From positions 1 through 64,000 of IMG/VR virus record IMGVR_UViG_3300033463_000093: DNA of 64,000 nucleotides, one strand, 5' to 3'. The DNA is from a virus (lineage: Duplodnaviria; Caudoviricetes). A program made the translations under genes and the position numbers. The notes beneath the pieces were generated by a model. The model did no database searches and had not been told where the DNA came from. It saw only the letters and a list, made by a program, of their open reading frames with translations. Shown here piece after piece: positions 45,292-55,674 of this stretch (positions are counted from its first letter, which is position 1; each line of letters opens with the position of its first letter).

Positions 45292-46950
45292 TTAGTGTGT
45301 TTGGTTCCACTGCTGCCAGTTGTTCTCGCCGGGCCTGTTCCCCCACTTGTCGGTCTCGCGCCTCTTGTTGCCCTGACCGGTGTTGACGTCCTGGCCTCCT
45401 GCTGACGATGCCTTTATCTCGCGTATCTTCTCGTCCGTCTGTACCTTGATCTTGTCGAGCTCAGCCTGCTGGTCGAGCTTGCGCTTCTCGAGGTCCTCGT
45501 GTATGATGCGCTCTATCTCGTCGTTGCGAGAGTACTTCACGATGCGCTCCGATGCCGTCTGGTGCGAGAGGAACCCGTTCTGTACGGCCGTTGCGAGGTT
45601 CGTGGTGAGCTCCTGGTCATTCTGGTGGATGTACGGCTCTATCCATGCGTTGACGGGAAGGGCAAGCAGCGATGCCTGGCAGTTCTTCTCGAAGCCGTAT
45701 CCGTACTTGACGAAGTAGACGCAGTCGTTGATGAACGGCTGGAGCTTCTGTGCGTCGTGGATGGCCTGCTCGATGGCGGGAGAGAACAGCAGCTTGACGG
45801 CCACGCCCGGCAGGTCTCCTGACTTCAGCTCAGGCGGCTTCACGCCGAAGGACTGCTCGTAGATCATGTCGTACAGGAGCTTCAGCTGCGTGTTGAACGC
45901 TGCGGACACCTCTGCCTTCTGGAGGAATCCGGCATCGCCCTTCTCGTCCTGAATCTCGATGTACTTCACGGCTCCCGTTATCTCGTCCGGCTTGAACTCC
46001 ACGCCGTCGCCCTTTGACCACATGATCGGGAAAGCGTAGGCCCGGTTGTTCTCGCAGAAGTAGGAGAACGCCTCCTCGTATGTCTCGATGGTCTCCTGTG
46101 ACGGTAGGAAGCATGCGCCTCCCTCCTCGCGGTGGTACGCCACGGGCACACGGTCGAAGCCGTGCTCCTTCTGGTAGTATATCTCGTATCCGCTGATGCC
46201 GAAGAATTCCTTGATCTTCTCGAGTACCTTCTGGGTCCTCGTCTGTGCCACGGAACGGCGCGCGCGGTACAGGTATTTCTCGTCCCATATCTCGACATAC
46301 TCCGACGAGTAGCGCCCGTTATCGTCATAGTCTGCGTACTTTCGTGCGAAGAGCTCCATCTTGCCCGTTATGCTGTCTCGGTGCGGGTATAGGGTGTCAC
46401 CTTTCATATATGACATGACGCGCGCCCGCGCATGACCCTCCTCGTCGAAGTAAAACGCTATGGCGGCGTCGCCGACAATCTTGTATTCCGTGAAGTCGTA
46501 GAAGTTGTACTCCATGTCCATGTCGAGCCATCCCTGACGGAATGTGACGAAGTCGGTCTGCTTCTCCTCCTCGGTCCTCTCGCTGCCCACCTTTCCCGAC
46601 AGCTCGAACTGCATGTCGTTGCCGGTGATGTGCACGCGCTGCTTGGTCGCTATGACGTGCTGGAACGCGAATGCCGTGCGTATGATCGGCTGGACGTATA
46701 TCCTTCCTGTCTCCGGGTTCTTCTTCACCACGTCTGGATAGAGCTGCGGATCGTTGATAGCATGTCCTGAGGGGTAGTACATCCGCAGGAAGTCGGCCTG
46801 CGTGATGATGCGCATCATGGGGTTGTCGATAGGCTCGTAGACCTTCTGACCCCTTCTTACCACACGGTGTGCCTTGTAGCCGTTTGGCATTATCTCGTAG
46901 AACGGCTCCCGTGTAAGGATTTCCTTGTAGTTCGGTTTGATGTTATCCAT
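45292..46950 (-). CDS. Portal protein (SPP1 gp6-like)
   Basis: 552 aa; RVPVAY, SGVAVKLLFSP, LSHQTASE. Confidence 0.85.
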   Translation of the reverse strand: MDNIKPNYKEILTREPFYEIMPNGYKAHRVVRRGQKVYEPIDNPMMRIITQADFLRMYYPSGHAINDPQLYPDVVKKNPETGRIYVQPIIRTAFAFQHVIATKQRVHITGNDMQFELSGKVGSERTEEEKQTDFVTFRQGWLDMDMEYNFYDFTEYKIVGDAAIAFYFDEEGHARARVMSYMKGDTLYPHRDSITGKMELFARKYADYDDNGRYSSEYVEIWDEKYLYRARRSVAQTRTQKVLEKIKEFFGISGYEIYYQKEHGFDRVPVAYHREEGGACFLPSQETIETYEEAFSYFCENNRAYAFPIMWSKGDGVEFKPDEITGAVKYIEIQDEKGDAGFLQKAEVSAAFNTQLKLLYDMIYEQSFGVKPPELKSGDLPGVAVKLLFSPAIEQAIHDAQKLQPFINDCVYFVKYGYGFEKNCQASLLALPVNAWIEPYIHQNDQELTTNLATAVQNGFLSHQTASERIVKYSRNDEIERIIHEDLEKRKLDQQAELDKIKVQTDEKIREIKASSAGGQDVNTGQGNKRRETDKWGNRPGENNWQQWNQTH

Positions 46951-46967
46951 ATCTGTTTACCTTAAAT

Positions 46968-48596
46968 TTATATACACCATGTGCCTTTTGCCTTCTTGTG
47001 TTTCCTCTTCGTGTTCAGCTCAAAGATGAACCTGAAGAGCAGGGACTCGAAGAAGTCAGGCGAGTGCCCGATGATCTTCTTCATGTCGTCCTTAGAGATG
47101 AGCTGGAAGGCTTTCCCCGTAGACTCCTTCGTGCGCCGTATGCACTTGCGTTCGCGCATGAGTATGTCCTTGAGCCTCGTCTTCCCGTATCCGTGCCCGT
47201 CGAACGTGCGGTCGAGGAGATGACGGTCTATGGACATCTCCCCGTCGCGCAGGGCCTTGTACAGCATGACCGCGCACTGCGCCTTGAGGTCCTTGTACAG
47301 CTTCTTGTATCCGTCCTGCTCCTTCTCCGACGGTGCTATCGGAGCAGCCTGGTTGATGAATTTCACCGCGTCGGGCAGGTGTCCCTCGAGTATCTGCCCC
47401 ACGCCCTGAAAGTCGTATGTCAGGTTCTCCTCTGCCACACCCCACTCCACGAGCTTCGCCTTGAGGACGTTCTCGAGTGTCTTGGAGTCGTAGCGGCAGA
47501 CGTACACGTCGACGATGTGCTTCCCCTGCCAGAGCCACATGACGCAGTTGTCGCCTCCCTGTAGCGCTATGTCCGCAGTGGCGTACAGCGTGTCGTCGTC
47601 GGTGTTCTGGTATGCGTTGTCGTAGAAGTTCAGCATGTCGTCCATCTTGATGAGGTCGTCGCCAGCGGAGCGGAACTTCCAGTTTCCGTCGAGGTCCCTG
47701 CTCTGCTGTTCCTCGTCCTGGTTCATCAGGTTGGCGAGGTACTCCGGGTTGGACTTCATCAGCTTCTTGTTGTCCTCGAGCTTTCCCTCCACGAACGCCA
47801 CGGACTTGATTGACAGCTCCGCAGGCGTGCCGAACTCCTCGAAGGCCGGCTTCCAGTGCTTGAGGATGTCGTCCCTGCACAGGTCGTAGACCTCATCGCG
47901 GCTGTCGCCCCACACGATCTCGTTGACTTCGTTGCCTGGCATGTAGCAGTATTTTATCATGCCGTCCCTCTCCGGTATGGGATAGCCCTCCTCGTCGAGC
48001 CATCCTCCGTCGTCGAGGAACTTCGCCACCCACGAGTCTGGATCGGGGTTGCAGGTCCCGATGAAGCGCGTGCGTATGCCGTAGGCGTTACGGTTGTCCG
48101 TCAGGAGGTACTTGAACTTCTTGTACGGACAGTGCGTTATCTCGTCGAGACCTATGTATGCGTACTGCTTTCCCTGGAACCTCTTCTTGAACGACTCGTA
48201 TTCGCCCTCATAGTACGAGAACTTCAGCTTTGCGCCGCTGTAGAAGTTCCATGTCATGTCGATGAGCGACTTGTTGTACTCGCCGTATTGCGAATAGACC
48301 TCGTACGACACCTCCACGAGGTCTGCGAGGTCTGGTTTCTCGTTACGGAGTATGAGGCTCCTGAAATTCCTGTTCTGTACGTCCTCGAGTGTCTCCATCA
48401 GCAGGGAGTAGCTCTTCGCGCCGCCCCTCTTTCCTCCGTATATCAGAAGCTGCGCCGGAGAAGAGAGTGCATTCTCCTGGCTTCCCGCCTGCGCATAGAT
48501 TGTGTTGGCGGCGTTGGCGTCACGCAGCGACTGTACGAACTCCTGTGTGTATACAGGCTCGCCATTCGGCAATTTTAGCCCTGAAAACACTCTCAT
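46968..48596 (-). CDS. terL: Terminase large subunit
   Basis: GGKRGGAKS Walker A, GLDEITH Walker B, GTCNPD, ADIALQGGD nuclease, HSPDFFESL. Confidence 0.93.
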   Translation of the reverse strand: MRVFSGLKLPNGEPVYTQEFVQSLRDANAANTIYAQAGSQENALSSPAQLLIYGGKRGGAKSYSLLMETLEDVQNRNFRSLILRNEKPDLADLVEVSYEVYSQYGEYNKSLIDMTWNFYSGAKLKFSYYEGEYESFKKRFQGKQYAYIGLDEITHCPYKKFKYLLTDNRNAYGIRTRFIGTCNPDPDSWVAKFLDDGGWLDEEGYPIPERDGMIKYCYMPGNEVNEIVWGDSRDEVYDLCRDDILKHWKPAFEEFGTPAELSIKSVAFVEGKLEDNKKLMKSNPEYLANLMNQDEEQQSRDLDGNWKFRSAGDDLIKMDDMLNFYDNAYQNTDDDTLYATADIALQGGDNCVMWLWQGKHIVDVYVCRYDSKTLENVLKAKLVEWGVAEENLTYDFQGVGQILEGHLPDAVKFINQAAPIAPSEKEQDGYKKLYKDLKAQCAVMLYKALRDGEMSIDRHLLDRTFDGHGYGKTRLKDILMRERKCIRRTKESTGKAFQLISKDDMKKIIGHSPDFFESLLFRFIFELNTKRKHKKAKGTWCI

Positions 48597-48621
48597 TTTG
48601 TATAATTATACAATTTCTTTG

Positions 48622-48671
48622 CAAAAATACGCAAAAAAATTTGGAAGTTGCAAAAAAATTGCATATTTTTG
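48622..48671. promoter_or_regulatory. Divergent late promoters (packaging vs head/tail)
   Basis: TATTTTTG on minus (48622-48629) and on plus (48664-48671; TTTG at 48640). Confidence 0.6.
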
Positions 48672-48797
48672 CACAAAATTGGTATATTTATTCAAAAATC
48701 GTACCCGTGAGGGCCTGAAAATGTGTCAATTATGGTCAGTAGATTTGTTTTAGATTTATAATCCATTTCTTTGCAAAACCCGAGGCGTCGGGTATCC

Positions 48798-48872
48798 GGG
48801 GTTATAGCTCAGTCTGGTTAGAGCATCTGCTTTGCAAGCAGAGGGTCGTGGGTTCAAATCCCTCTAATTCCA
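48798..48872 (+). tRNA. tRNA-Ala (TGC)
   Basis: Cloverleaf GGGGTTA..TAATTCC-A, anticodon loop TTTGCAA, G3:U70; CCA not encoded. Confidence 0.9.
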
Positions 48873-48923
48873 CGAAAGCAGGAAGGACCTGCAATCAGGA
48901 TAACGTTATAAAAATTTTTAAGC

Positions 48924-49610
48924 ATGGAAAGAGAAGAACTCTTACAGCAGGTTAATGAGAGCATTGAGGCTGACGGAAAGCAGCTGTCACCCTCGCTCAG
49001 TGAGGAATCCATCAATGGTGAGCTCGACGATGCATTGGAGGACATCTCCGACGACGAGGAGAACAACAAGAAGGTCGTATCGCGACTGGCAAAGCGTCTT
49101 CTCCGTATGGACGGTAACATCCACAGCAACGTATCGAAGCAGGTAAGCGACTACAAGAAGGCTCACCCCGGTGCGCAGAAGAAGCCCAAGGAGGGCGAAG
49201 GCAAAGGTAACGAGGACGGCAAGTCAGAGTACCAGAAGCTGCTCGAGCGCATTGAGGCGATGGAGACCGCACAGAAGCAGAAGACCGAGGCAGAGGCGAA
49301 GAACGCCATCGTCGCCGAGGTTAGCAAAGGCTTCAAGGCCAAGTTCAAGGAGGCCGGCATAGAGGTTAACGGTTATATCTTCCGTCAGACTCTCCGGGAT
49401 CTCGAGATCCCCGACACTGAGGAAAAGGTGGACACCGCGTCCCTCGTGAAGGCGCTGGAGAAGGAGTACCACAAGAACCTGAAAGAAGCAGGTCTTGACA
49501 AGAAGGACACCTCCAAGCCGCGCTTCGGCAGCCGTGAGGGAGGCAAAGGCGAAAGTGCCGCCGACCGCTACTGGGCTCGCAAGGGCAGGAAGGAAGGTTG
49601 GAAAAAATAG
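48924..49610 (+). CDS. Capsid scaffolding protein
   Basis: Charged helical protein at the start of the head operon. Confidence 0.7.
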   Translation: MEREELLQQVNESIEADGKQLSPSLSEESINGELDDALEDISDDEENNKKVVSRLAKRLLRMDGNIHSNVSKQVSDYKKAHPGAQKKPKEGEGKGNEDGKSEYQKLLERIEAMETAQKQKTEAEAKNAIVAEVSKGFKAKFKEAGIEVNGYIFRQTLRDLEIPDTEEKVDTASLVKALEKEYHKNLKEAGLDKKDTSKPRFGSREGGKGESAADRYWARKGRKEGWKK

Positions 49611-49677
49611 TACCTCATAAGGTATGAAGATAGTGAGTAAGGATAACATTTTTTATTAACGAAAAAAAAGCATTACT

Positions 49678-50103
49678 ATGGGAAGAATGGGTAACACATT
49701 CGGCAGCCAGACGGTAAGCGCAGGTCACGCCCGCAAGGTGTGGAGAGAGGTCAAGGACCAGTTCCCCGCAGGCGGTGTCGTGTCCAACCTGAGCGACTGG
49801 CTCTCCGGCGGGGTCGGCAAGATTCCCGCAGGTACGTTCTGCAAATGGTATGACGACGGCGCTAACGGCAAGAAGGTGGTGTGCTACACTGCCGCACAGA
49901 TCAAGGCAGCCAGCGGCAACCCCGCAAGCCTCGGCATCAACGGCGCTACCCTCTATGACATCGACATCGAGGCAGGCGAGACCGTAGGAACGGCAACCGT
50001 CGTTTATGCTGGCGAGTACTATGACTTCATGATCAAGGACGCTGATGTCCGCACCATCGTGAAGGGCCTCGCTGCACTGAGTGAGATCAAGTTCGTGTCA
50101 TAG
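49678..50103 (+). CDS. Head decoration protein
   Basis: IPAGT..G.TLYDIDI..TVVYAG; lies between scaffold and MCP. Confidence 0.65.
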   Translation: MGRMGNTFGSQTVSAGHARKVWREVKDQFPAGGVVSNLSDWLSGGVGKIPAGTFCKWYDDGANGKKVVCYTAAQIKAASGNPASLGINGATLYDIDIEAGETVGTATVVYAGEYYDFMIKDADVRTIVKGLAALSEIKFVS

Positions 50104-50143
50104 GCACGGGCAAGTGTTTAACAAATTAAGACAGGAAACAGTT

Positions 50144-51391
50144 ATGAATACTAATCCAGTAGGAATGTTTTCGGTGTTTGACAACGGTCTCGGCGGCCTT
50201 GACTGGCAGTCGTGGGTGGACCGCTACGAGGAGAAGTACGACGCCTTCGAGGTGGACGGCTTCGAGTTCGCCCCCACCACGTTGAACTACACCTTTGCGC
50301 AGCTCATTGCGAGCACCGGCGCAACGGCTCTGCCCACATGGGTGGATCCTGAGTCTCCTGGCTATGAGGCAGCCCTTAGAGAGCTGAGCGGCAGGACTGG
50401 CAACATCCCGACCGCAAAGCGCTTCTACCGCTTCAACCGCACCATCATCAACGAGCAGCTCCAGCTGATCCAGCGCTACGGCAACGTGGCCATGACCCCC
50501 GAGATGGAAGACATCTTCATGGGTCTGAACGATGAGGGTACGGACGGCCTCATCCAGATGTTCAACAACGCCCTGACACACATCCGCAACCAGGTTGTGT
50601 CCACGGGCCAGTTCGCCCTCACAAGCGTGAACAACCCGCGCGGCTTGCAGGGTATCACCATCGACTTCGGCATCGCACAGGACCACTTCGACGTCCTGAC
50701 AGGCAATGACGTATGGTGGACAAGCGATACTCACGCAAGAGAAGGCTCTTCTTCCGATCCTCTCGGCTACATGAAGAACCGTGTGCGCTGGATCCGCAAG
50801 GTCAAGCACTACGCAGGCCCCATCAAGCTCGAGATCTCTCAGGACGATTGGGACGACCTGCTCCTCCACTCGAAGGTACAGTCACGCCTCGGCATCTACT
50901 TCTATCCTACGACCACCGACGGTGCAACCCGCATTGCCGCCATCCAGGACAAGAGCGAGGATGCCCTCAAGGCAGCCATCAAGGCCATCATCAAGGTCGA
51001 CGAGATCGTGGTCAAGGACACCTATGCATTTGTGGACGCTCCCGGAACGGACGCCAACGGCGATCCCGACATCATCACCACCCGCATCGACAACTTCAAG
51101 GCAGGCAACATCGCCTTCATCCCGACGGGCAAGATCGGTGACATCCAGGGCGTGCAGCCGCTTTCCATCGGCTACGAGCCTGACAAGGTGGCATACTACA
51201 ACGGCGGTCGTCTGCTCCTGACCCAGCGTGCAAACCCGAAGACACACTCAGTGTACATCGAGGGTGAGTTCGCACAGATCTGCGTGCCGAGCGTCCCGCA
51301 GTGGATGTTCATCAGCACCGTCGTAGGTGACGGCTCTTCTTCCAGCTCTTCTTCAGGCTCTTCTTCGAGCGAATCGAGTTCAAGTGAGTAA
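50144..51391 (+). CDS. Major capsid protein (phage capsid E-like) with poly-Ser tail
   Basis: ITIDFGI..W..DPLG..IAFIP.G.IG..EGEFAQICVP; ends SSSSSSSGSSSSESSSSE. Confidence 0.85.
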   Translation: MNTNPVGMFSVFDNGLGGLDWQSWVDRYEEKYDAFEVDGFEFAPTTLNYTFAQLIASTGATALPTWVDPESPGYEAALRELSGRTGNIPTAKRFYRFNRTIINEQLQLIQRYGNVAMTPEMEDIFMGLNDEGTDGLIQMFNNALTHIRNQVVSTGQFALTSVNNPRGLQGITIDFGIAQDHFDVLTGNDVWWTSDTHAREGSSSDPLGYMKNRVRWIRKVKHYAGPIKLEISQDDWDDLLLHSKVQSRLGIYFYPTTTDGATRIAAIQDKSEDALKAAIKAIIKVDEIVVKDTYAFVDAPGTDANGDPDIITTRIDNFKAGNIAFIPTGKIGDIQGVQPLSIGYEPDKVAYYNGGRLLLTQRANPKTHSVYIEGEFAQICVPSVPQWMFISTVVGDGSSSSSSSGSSSSESSSSE

Positions 51392-51401
51392 AGGATAGCG
51401 T

Positions 51402-51842
51402 ATGGACTTCTCAAGACAAGTGAACTACAAGTCGGACTTCGACGTGCTCCTGCACGTTGTTGACGCGGACGGCAATGCTGTCGGCTTCCCGACATTCGAT
51501 TTCGTTCTGGCGTTCACCTCGAGCGGCCAGAATAAGTTCGAGGCTGGTCAGGCCAACGGCTTCAAGCGCGGTGTGAGCGATGCAGACGGTGACATCCGTG
51601 TCGTCTTCAATGACCATCACCTGTTGCCCGGCACCCTCAACCTTGAAGTTCGCGCCGACGTTGAGAACGACATCTATCCTGACGGAAAGAAGCTGTATGT
51701 GTTTGAAGTGCCCACGAACATCACCCTGACCAGTGGCGCCGGGGAGGTGAGCACGGGCATCTCTATTGACGTTAACCTGCCGTTTGCCGTGGGGTCTGCC
51801 AGCAGCAGCTCCAGCTCGGAGGGCGGCAGCAGCTCTGAATAA
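51402..51842 (+). CDS. Virion accessory protein with poly-Ser tail
   Basis: YKSDFD..DFVLAF..VFNDHHLLPG..IYPDG domain; ends SASSSSSSEGGSSSE. Confidence 0.65.
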   Translation: MDFSRQVNYKSDFDVLLHVVDADGNAVGFPTFDFVLAFTSSGQNKFEAGQANGFKRGVSDADGDIRVVFNDHHLLPGTLNLEVRADVENDIYPDGKKLYVFEVPTNITLTSGAGEVSTGISIDVNLPFAVGSASSSSSSEGGSSSE

Positions 51843-51863
51843 ACCAAAAGGAATCATCTTCGC

Positions 51864-52298
51864 ATGAATACGAGTAACGATACCGCAAATGTTCGCACGG
51901 TCGGGGACTGGCTCTTCGGCTGTGTGAACTTTGCCGTTCCCGACGAAGCCGTCGTGAACATCGCCATGGACAGGAACTTCTCCGTCGACACCGCAGCAAG
52001 TGACGTCGACAGGGACAGCCTGAGGCTCATGAAGGCAGACCTTTTCAAGTGGATCGTGCTTGGCGCAGGTAAGGTGAACAACACCTCCGACACCGACAAC
52101 GGCTGGAGTCACAGCGAGGGCGGCTATACGCTGTCCGAGTATGACAAGCAGCTGCTGATGGGCGAGGCCAACGCCATCTACGAGGAGCTTGAGCCCGAGA
52201 GCGTGTTCGGCAAGAAGAAGATCAGGATGCGGTCGGCAGGCATCATGCCCGCCTACCGTGACCTTGACGGAACGCCGTTACCAAGGAAGCCGCTATGA
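51864..52298 (+). CDS. Head-tail adaptor
   Basis: LMKADL..SDTDNGWSHSEGG; position after MCP. Confidence 0.65.
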   Translation: MNTSNDTANVRTVGDWLFGCVNFAVPDEAVVNIAMDRNFSVDTAASDVDRDSLRLMKADLFKWIVLGAGKVNNTSDTDNGWSHSEGGYTLSEYDKQLLMGEANAIYEELEPESVFGKKKIRMRSAGIMPAYRDLDGTPLPRKPL

Positions 52299-52672
52299 GA
52301 AAAACGAGAGTCGACAACCCGCGCTATCCGCACTACATACGGATCACCCGTAAGGTGGTGGCAGACTGGCTTGACGAGAGCAAGACGGAAGATGCGTTCA
52401 CGGTGTACGCAGGCCCCGGCAGGAGCTATACGGACACCACGACGACGGGTGACGCGAAAGTGGACTCCAACAAGCGCAAGTGCTCCATCCCGGTGCGTTT
52501 CGACGTATGGGGCGGCAATGTCGACGGAATGCAGCTTGTGCCGATGAGCGGAGACATGGTATACGTCATCAAGGGGAACATCCACGAGGAGTGGGAGGTC
52601 AGTGACTTCGAGCCGGACAACGACCGCTCCGTGGTGTACGGCGAGCATAACAGGAACTTCAATGAGCAGTAG
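52295..52672 (+). CDS. Head closure protein
   Basis: NPRYPH..GD.VYV; synteny. Confidence 0.55.
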   Translation: MRKTRVDNPRYPHYIRITRKVVADWLDESKTEDAFTVYAGPGRSYTDTTTTGDAKVDSNKRKCSIPVRFDVWGGNVDGMQLVPMSGDMVYVIKGNIHEEWEVSDFEPDNDRSVVYGEHNRNFNEQ

Positions 52673-52674
52673 TC

Positions 52675-53217
52675 ATGAGCAGCAACGGAAAGATAGCCAT
52701 TAAAAAGGTCTTTGACAATGTTCGCAAACGGGCGGAGGAAAAGGCTGAGGGAAAGCTTGCAGGCGGCCTTATGCCACTGCTTGAGATGGCCTATTCCGAG
52801 CTGAAGGGCTACAGGCCGTTGACAGGTAACCTGAACAACTCACTCGGTGTTGCGCTTTACAAGGACGGCAAGTGTATTGAGGCTCACGGAAGCATCGAGA
52901 TCACAGGCAGGCGTCCTGTCAGGACAACACTGAAGGAAGGAGACCTGTTCTGGGAACCTGTGACATGGAACGGAAACCACCTCGACGGACCGATACCGAA
53001 GACCGACTGGGTCGGAGACAAGAATATCTGGGCCGACGAGGAAGTCCTGAAGTGGCTTGAACGCTACGCTCCGACGAAAAAGGGATTCTCTTATCGTATC
53101 GTCAGTATCGTTGACTACGCAAAGTATCTTGAGACCAAGGACAACGTGAACGTGCTCAGCAGTCTTGCTGACCGTCTGCGCTCCATGGGAGGAAAGGTCG
53201 GCGACTTTAATCTCTGA
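52675..53217 (+). CDS. Neck/tail completion protein (HK97 gp10-like)
   Basis: LTGNLNNS..YAKYLE. Confidence 0.6.
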   Translation: MSSNGKIAIKKVFDNVRKRAEEKAEGKLAGGLMPLLEMAYSELKGYRPLTGNLNNSLGVALYKDGKCIEAHGSIEITGRRPVRTTLKEGDLFWEPVTWNGNHLDGPIPKTDWVGDKNIWADEEVLKWLERYAPTKKGFSYRIVSIVDYAKYLETKDNVNVLSSLADRLRSMGGKVGDFNL

Positions 53218-53222
53218 AAGAA

Positions 53223-53639
53223 ATGATCACACCGGAAGATATAAGGAAGACGATGGGGTTGCAGGCAAAGAAGGTCTGCGGCAAGATCTATCCGCAGGAC
53301 AGGCCGAGCGCCGTCACGGAGAAGCTGACGGAGTTCATCGTGGTCTCCCTCCCCTACTCCGAGGTCAACAGGACGCTTGGCGAAAACGACGACTGGTGGC
53401 TTGACGTCACCGTCGTGTACGAAATCTTCGTCGCTGACATCAAGACGGCAGCGGATCCGAACCGGCTTGACGATGACGCCATGAGGCGTCTGCGTGAGGC
53501 TCTCCTTGGAACCTTCCCCGTTGTTGACGGCGAAAAGAGGTTCAAGATCGTGCGTCCACGCACTGTCATACCGGCATCCAGTGACGGCAACGGTTATCAC
53601 TATACGCGCATTCAGGCAAAGATGACGACATTGGTTTAA
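53223..53639 (+). CDS. Tail terminator
   Basis: KIYPQDRPSA..FIVVSLP; precedes the tail tube. Confidence 0.6.
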   Translation: MITPEDIRKTMGLQAKKVCGKIYPQDRPSAVTEKLTEFIVVSLPYSEVNRTLGENDDWWLDVTVVYEIFVADIKTAADPNRLDDDAMRRLREALLGTFPVVDGEKRFKIVRPRTVIPASSDGNGYHYTRIQAKMTTLV

Positions 53640-53682
53640 GAATACAAGTAATTTAGTTTAACAGTTAAAAATAACAACGACT

Positions 53683-54246
53683 ATGGCAACAAAGACAAAA
53701 TCTGAATTGAAGGACGTTTTCAATGGCCCTTCGTCCTTGCTGTACCAGAGTGCAGCCCTCGGCAATCCGATGGTGCTGGACCCCGACTATGACGTTCCCG
53801 TCAAGGTCGACAGCATCGAGTTCGAGCAGGGTGAGCCTGACATCGAGCACTACAAGGTCATCGGCCTCGCCGGCGACTGGGTATCCTCCTCGGAGGCAGG
53901 TGACATCACCATCAGCTTCCGCGTCCCCACCAAGAGCACGGACATCCTGAAGCTCGCCTACGGCAACGACGCAGTGACCTCAAAGTCGCTGACCTACGGC
54001 AGCGGCTCGTTCACGGGCGACGGCGTTGTGCTGACCAACAAGAAGATCGTCGGCACCTGGGCCATCCTGAACGACACGGGCAACCAGCTCCTGATCCTGA
54101 ACAACACCGCGCTGTACGCCAGCATGGTGATGGACTCTGACGCCAAGGGCGTGGTGGCCATCGACTTCAACGGAACCATCGAGTCGGACGGCTCCAACCC
54201 CGACATCCTGTTCCTCAAGAAACAAGGCTCCAGCAGCAGCGAGTAA
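53683..54246 (+). CDS. Major tail tube protein with Ser tail
   Basis: Beta-rich 187 aa; ends KQGSSSSE. Confidence 0.75.
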   Translation: MATKTKSELKDVFNGPSSLLYQSAALGNPMVLDPDYDVPVKVDSIEFEQGEPDIEHYKVIGLAGDWVSSSEAGDITISFRVPTKSTDILKLAYGNDAVTSKSLTYGSGSFTGDGVVLTNKKIVGTWAILNDTGNQLLILNNTALYASMVMDSDAKGVVAIDFNGTIESDGSNPDILFLKKQGSSSSE

Positions 54247-54333
54247 CACTTGCTGCGTGAGTGACTGAAAACCCGAGGGGCGGCGGTGACGAGAGAGCCG
54301 CTGCCCCTTATTCATTAACAAACGACAGAGATT

Positions 54334-55674
54334 ATGGACGACTACAGGATTTGGGTAACGTACCACAAGGACGAGCAGGTCTCGCAGTATGGCCTGCACG
54401 ACGATGACACGCACAGGATCTTTGCCGCCAACCGCGACATAGAGGGGAAGAACATCAACGAGATGAACCCGGTCTACAGCGAGATGGTGACGATGTGGTA
54501 TGCGTGGAAGAACAACGTCAGGAGCCCGTACGTCGGCTTCAACCACTACCGCAGGCAGTTCAACGTGAGCAGGCTGCCGGGCAAGGGCGAGTGCCAGGTG
54601 TACAGGATCATCGACTTCGGCGGCATCAGCGTGTACGACCAGTATGCACGCTGCCATAATGTCAAGGACATGGATGCTGTCCTCTCGCTGCTCGACAAAA
54701 AGTACGGCAAGGACAACGCATATACGAAATACATCAGGAACAGCAATACCCTGATAGCGAACTGCTGCTTCCTGATGAAATGGGCTGACTTCACGAAGCT
54801 CTGCAAGTTCTTCTTCGCCATCCTCGACGACTTCTCCGCCATGTGCGGATGCCAGACGCTCGACGACTGGAGGAAGAAGGCGCAGGCCGACTTCGGCAAC
54901 AACAGGCCCGATTACCAGACGAGGGTGCTATCGTTCCTTGCGGAAAGGCTTATCTCCGCGTGGATCAGCGTGAACCTCTCTCCATATATCGACGGCAGGA
55001 ACGTGGCTGTCGTGAACTACAACACCACGAAGCTGACGGAGGCAGCCATCATGTCGCTGTTCAAGCACACGCCTGGTTGTCATGTCTACGTCTTCGACAA
55101 CAGCGATGCGGAGCCATTCAAGACGAAGCTCCCTAATGTCGAGGTCATCGACAACACCAAGGGCAAGCTGGTGGACTTCGATGCAGAGCTTGCGAAATAT
55201 CCAGACAAATGGGAGCGTGACAAGGTCAAGAGCAACTACGGCAGCGCCAAGCACTCGATGAGCATACAGAAGCTGATGGAGCTTATCCCAGGCGGATTCG
55301 TGCTCATGGACTCGGACGTCCTGTTCAAGCAGGACATCGGAAAGTTCTGGGACTACAACGTCGCATGCCTCGGCACAGAGGACTTGAAACACGGAGTACC
55401 CCTGCTCTTGCCGTTCCTATGCTGGCTGAACTGCGTGAAGCTCAACGAAAACGGCATCGGCTACTTCAACGGAGAGAAGATGTGGGCGCTGAGCGAAAAG
55501 GAGCCTAACCAGCACTACGACACAGGCGCATGGCTTCTCGAGGAGGTGCGCAGGAAAAGTCTTCCTGTGGAGTATGTGAACATCTGGGACTATGTCATCC
55601 ATCTGGGTCACGGCTCATGGAAGGACAAGGACACCGACAAATGGCTTGAGGAGAACGCTGTCCTGTGGAAGTGA
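54334..55674 (+). CDS. Bifunctional glycosyltransferase: DUF4422/GT111-like + GT2-like
   Basis: IWVTYHK..YSEMVTMWYAWKN..YVGFNHYRR..ERL; then VVNYNT..VFDNSD..FVLMDSDV (DxD). Confidence 0.85.
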   Translation: MDDYRIWVTYHKDEQVSQYGLHDDDTHRIFAANRDIEGKNINEMNPVYSEMVTMWYAWKNNVRSPYVGFNHYRRQFNVSRLPGKGECQVYRIIDFGGISVYDQYARCHNVKDMDAVLSLLDKKYGKDNAYTKYIRNSNTLIANCCFLMKWADFTKLCKFFFAILDDFSAMCGCQTLDDWRKKAQADFGNNRPDYQTRVLSFLAERLISAWISVNLSPYIDGRNVAVVNYNTTKLTEAAIMSLFKHTPGCHVYVFDNSDAEPFKTKLPNVEVIDNTKGKLVDFDAELAKYPDKWERDKVKSNYGSAKHSMSIQKLMELIPGGFVLMDSDVLFKQDIGKFWDYNVACLGTEDLKHGVPLLLPFLCWLNCVKLNENGIGYFNGEKMWALSEKEPNQHYDTGAWLLEEVRRKSLPVEYVNIWDYVIHLGHGSWKDKDTDKWLEENAVLWK

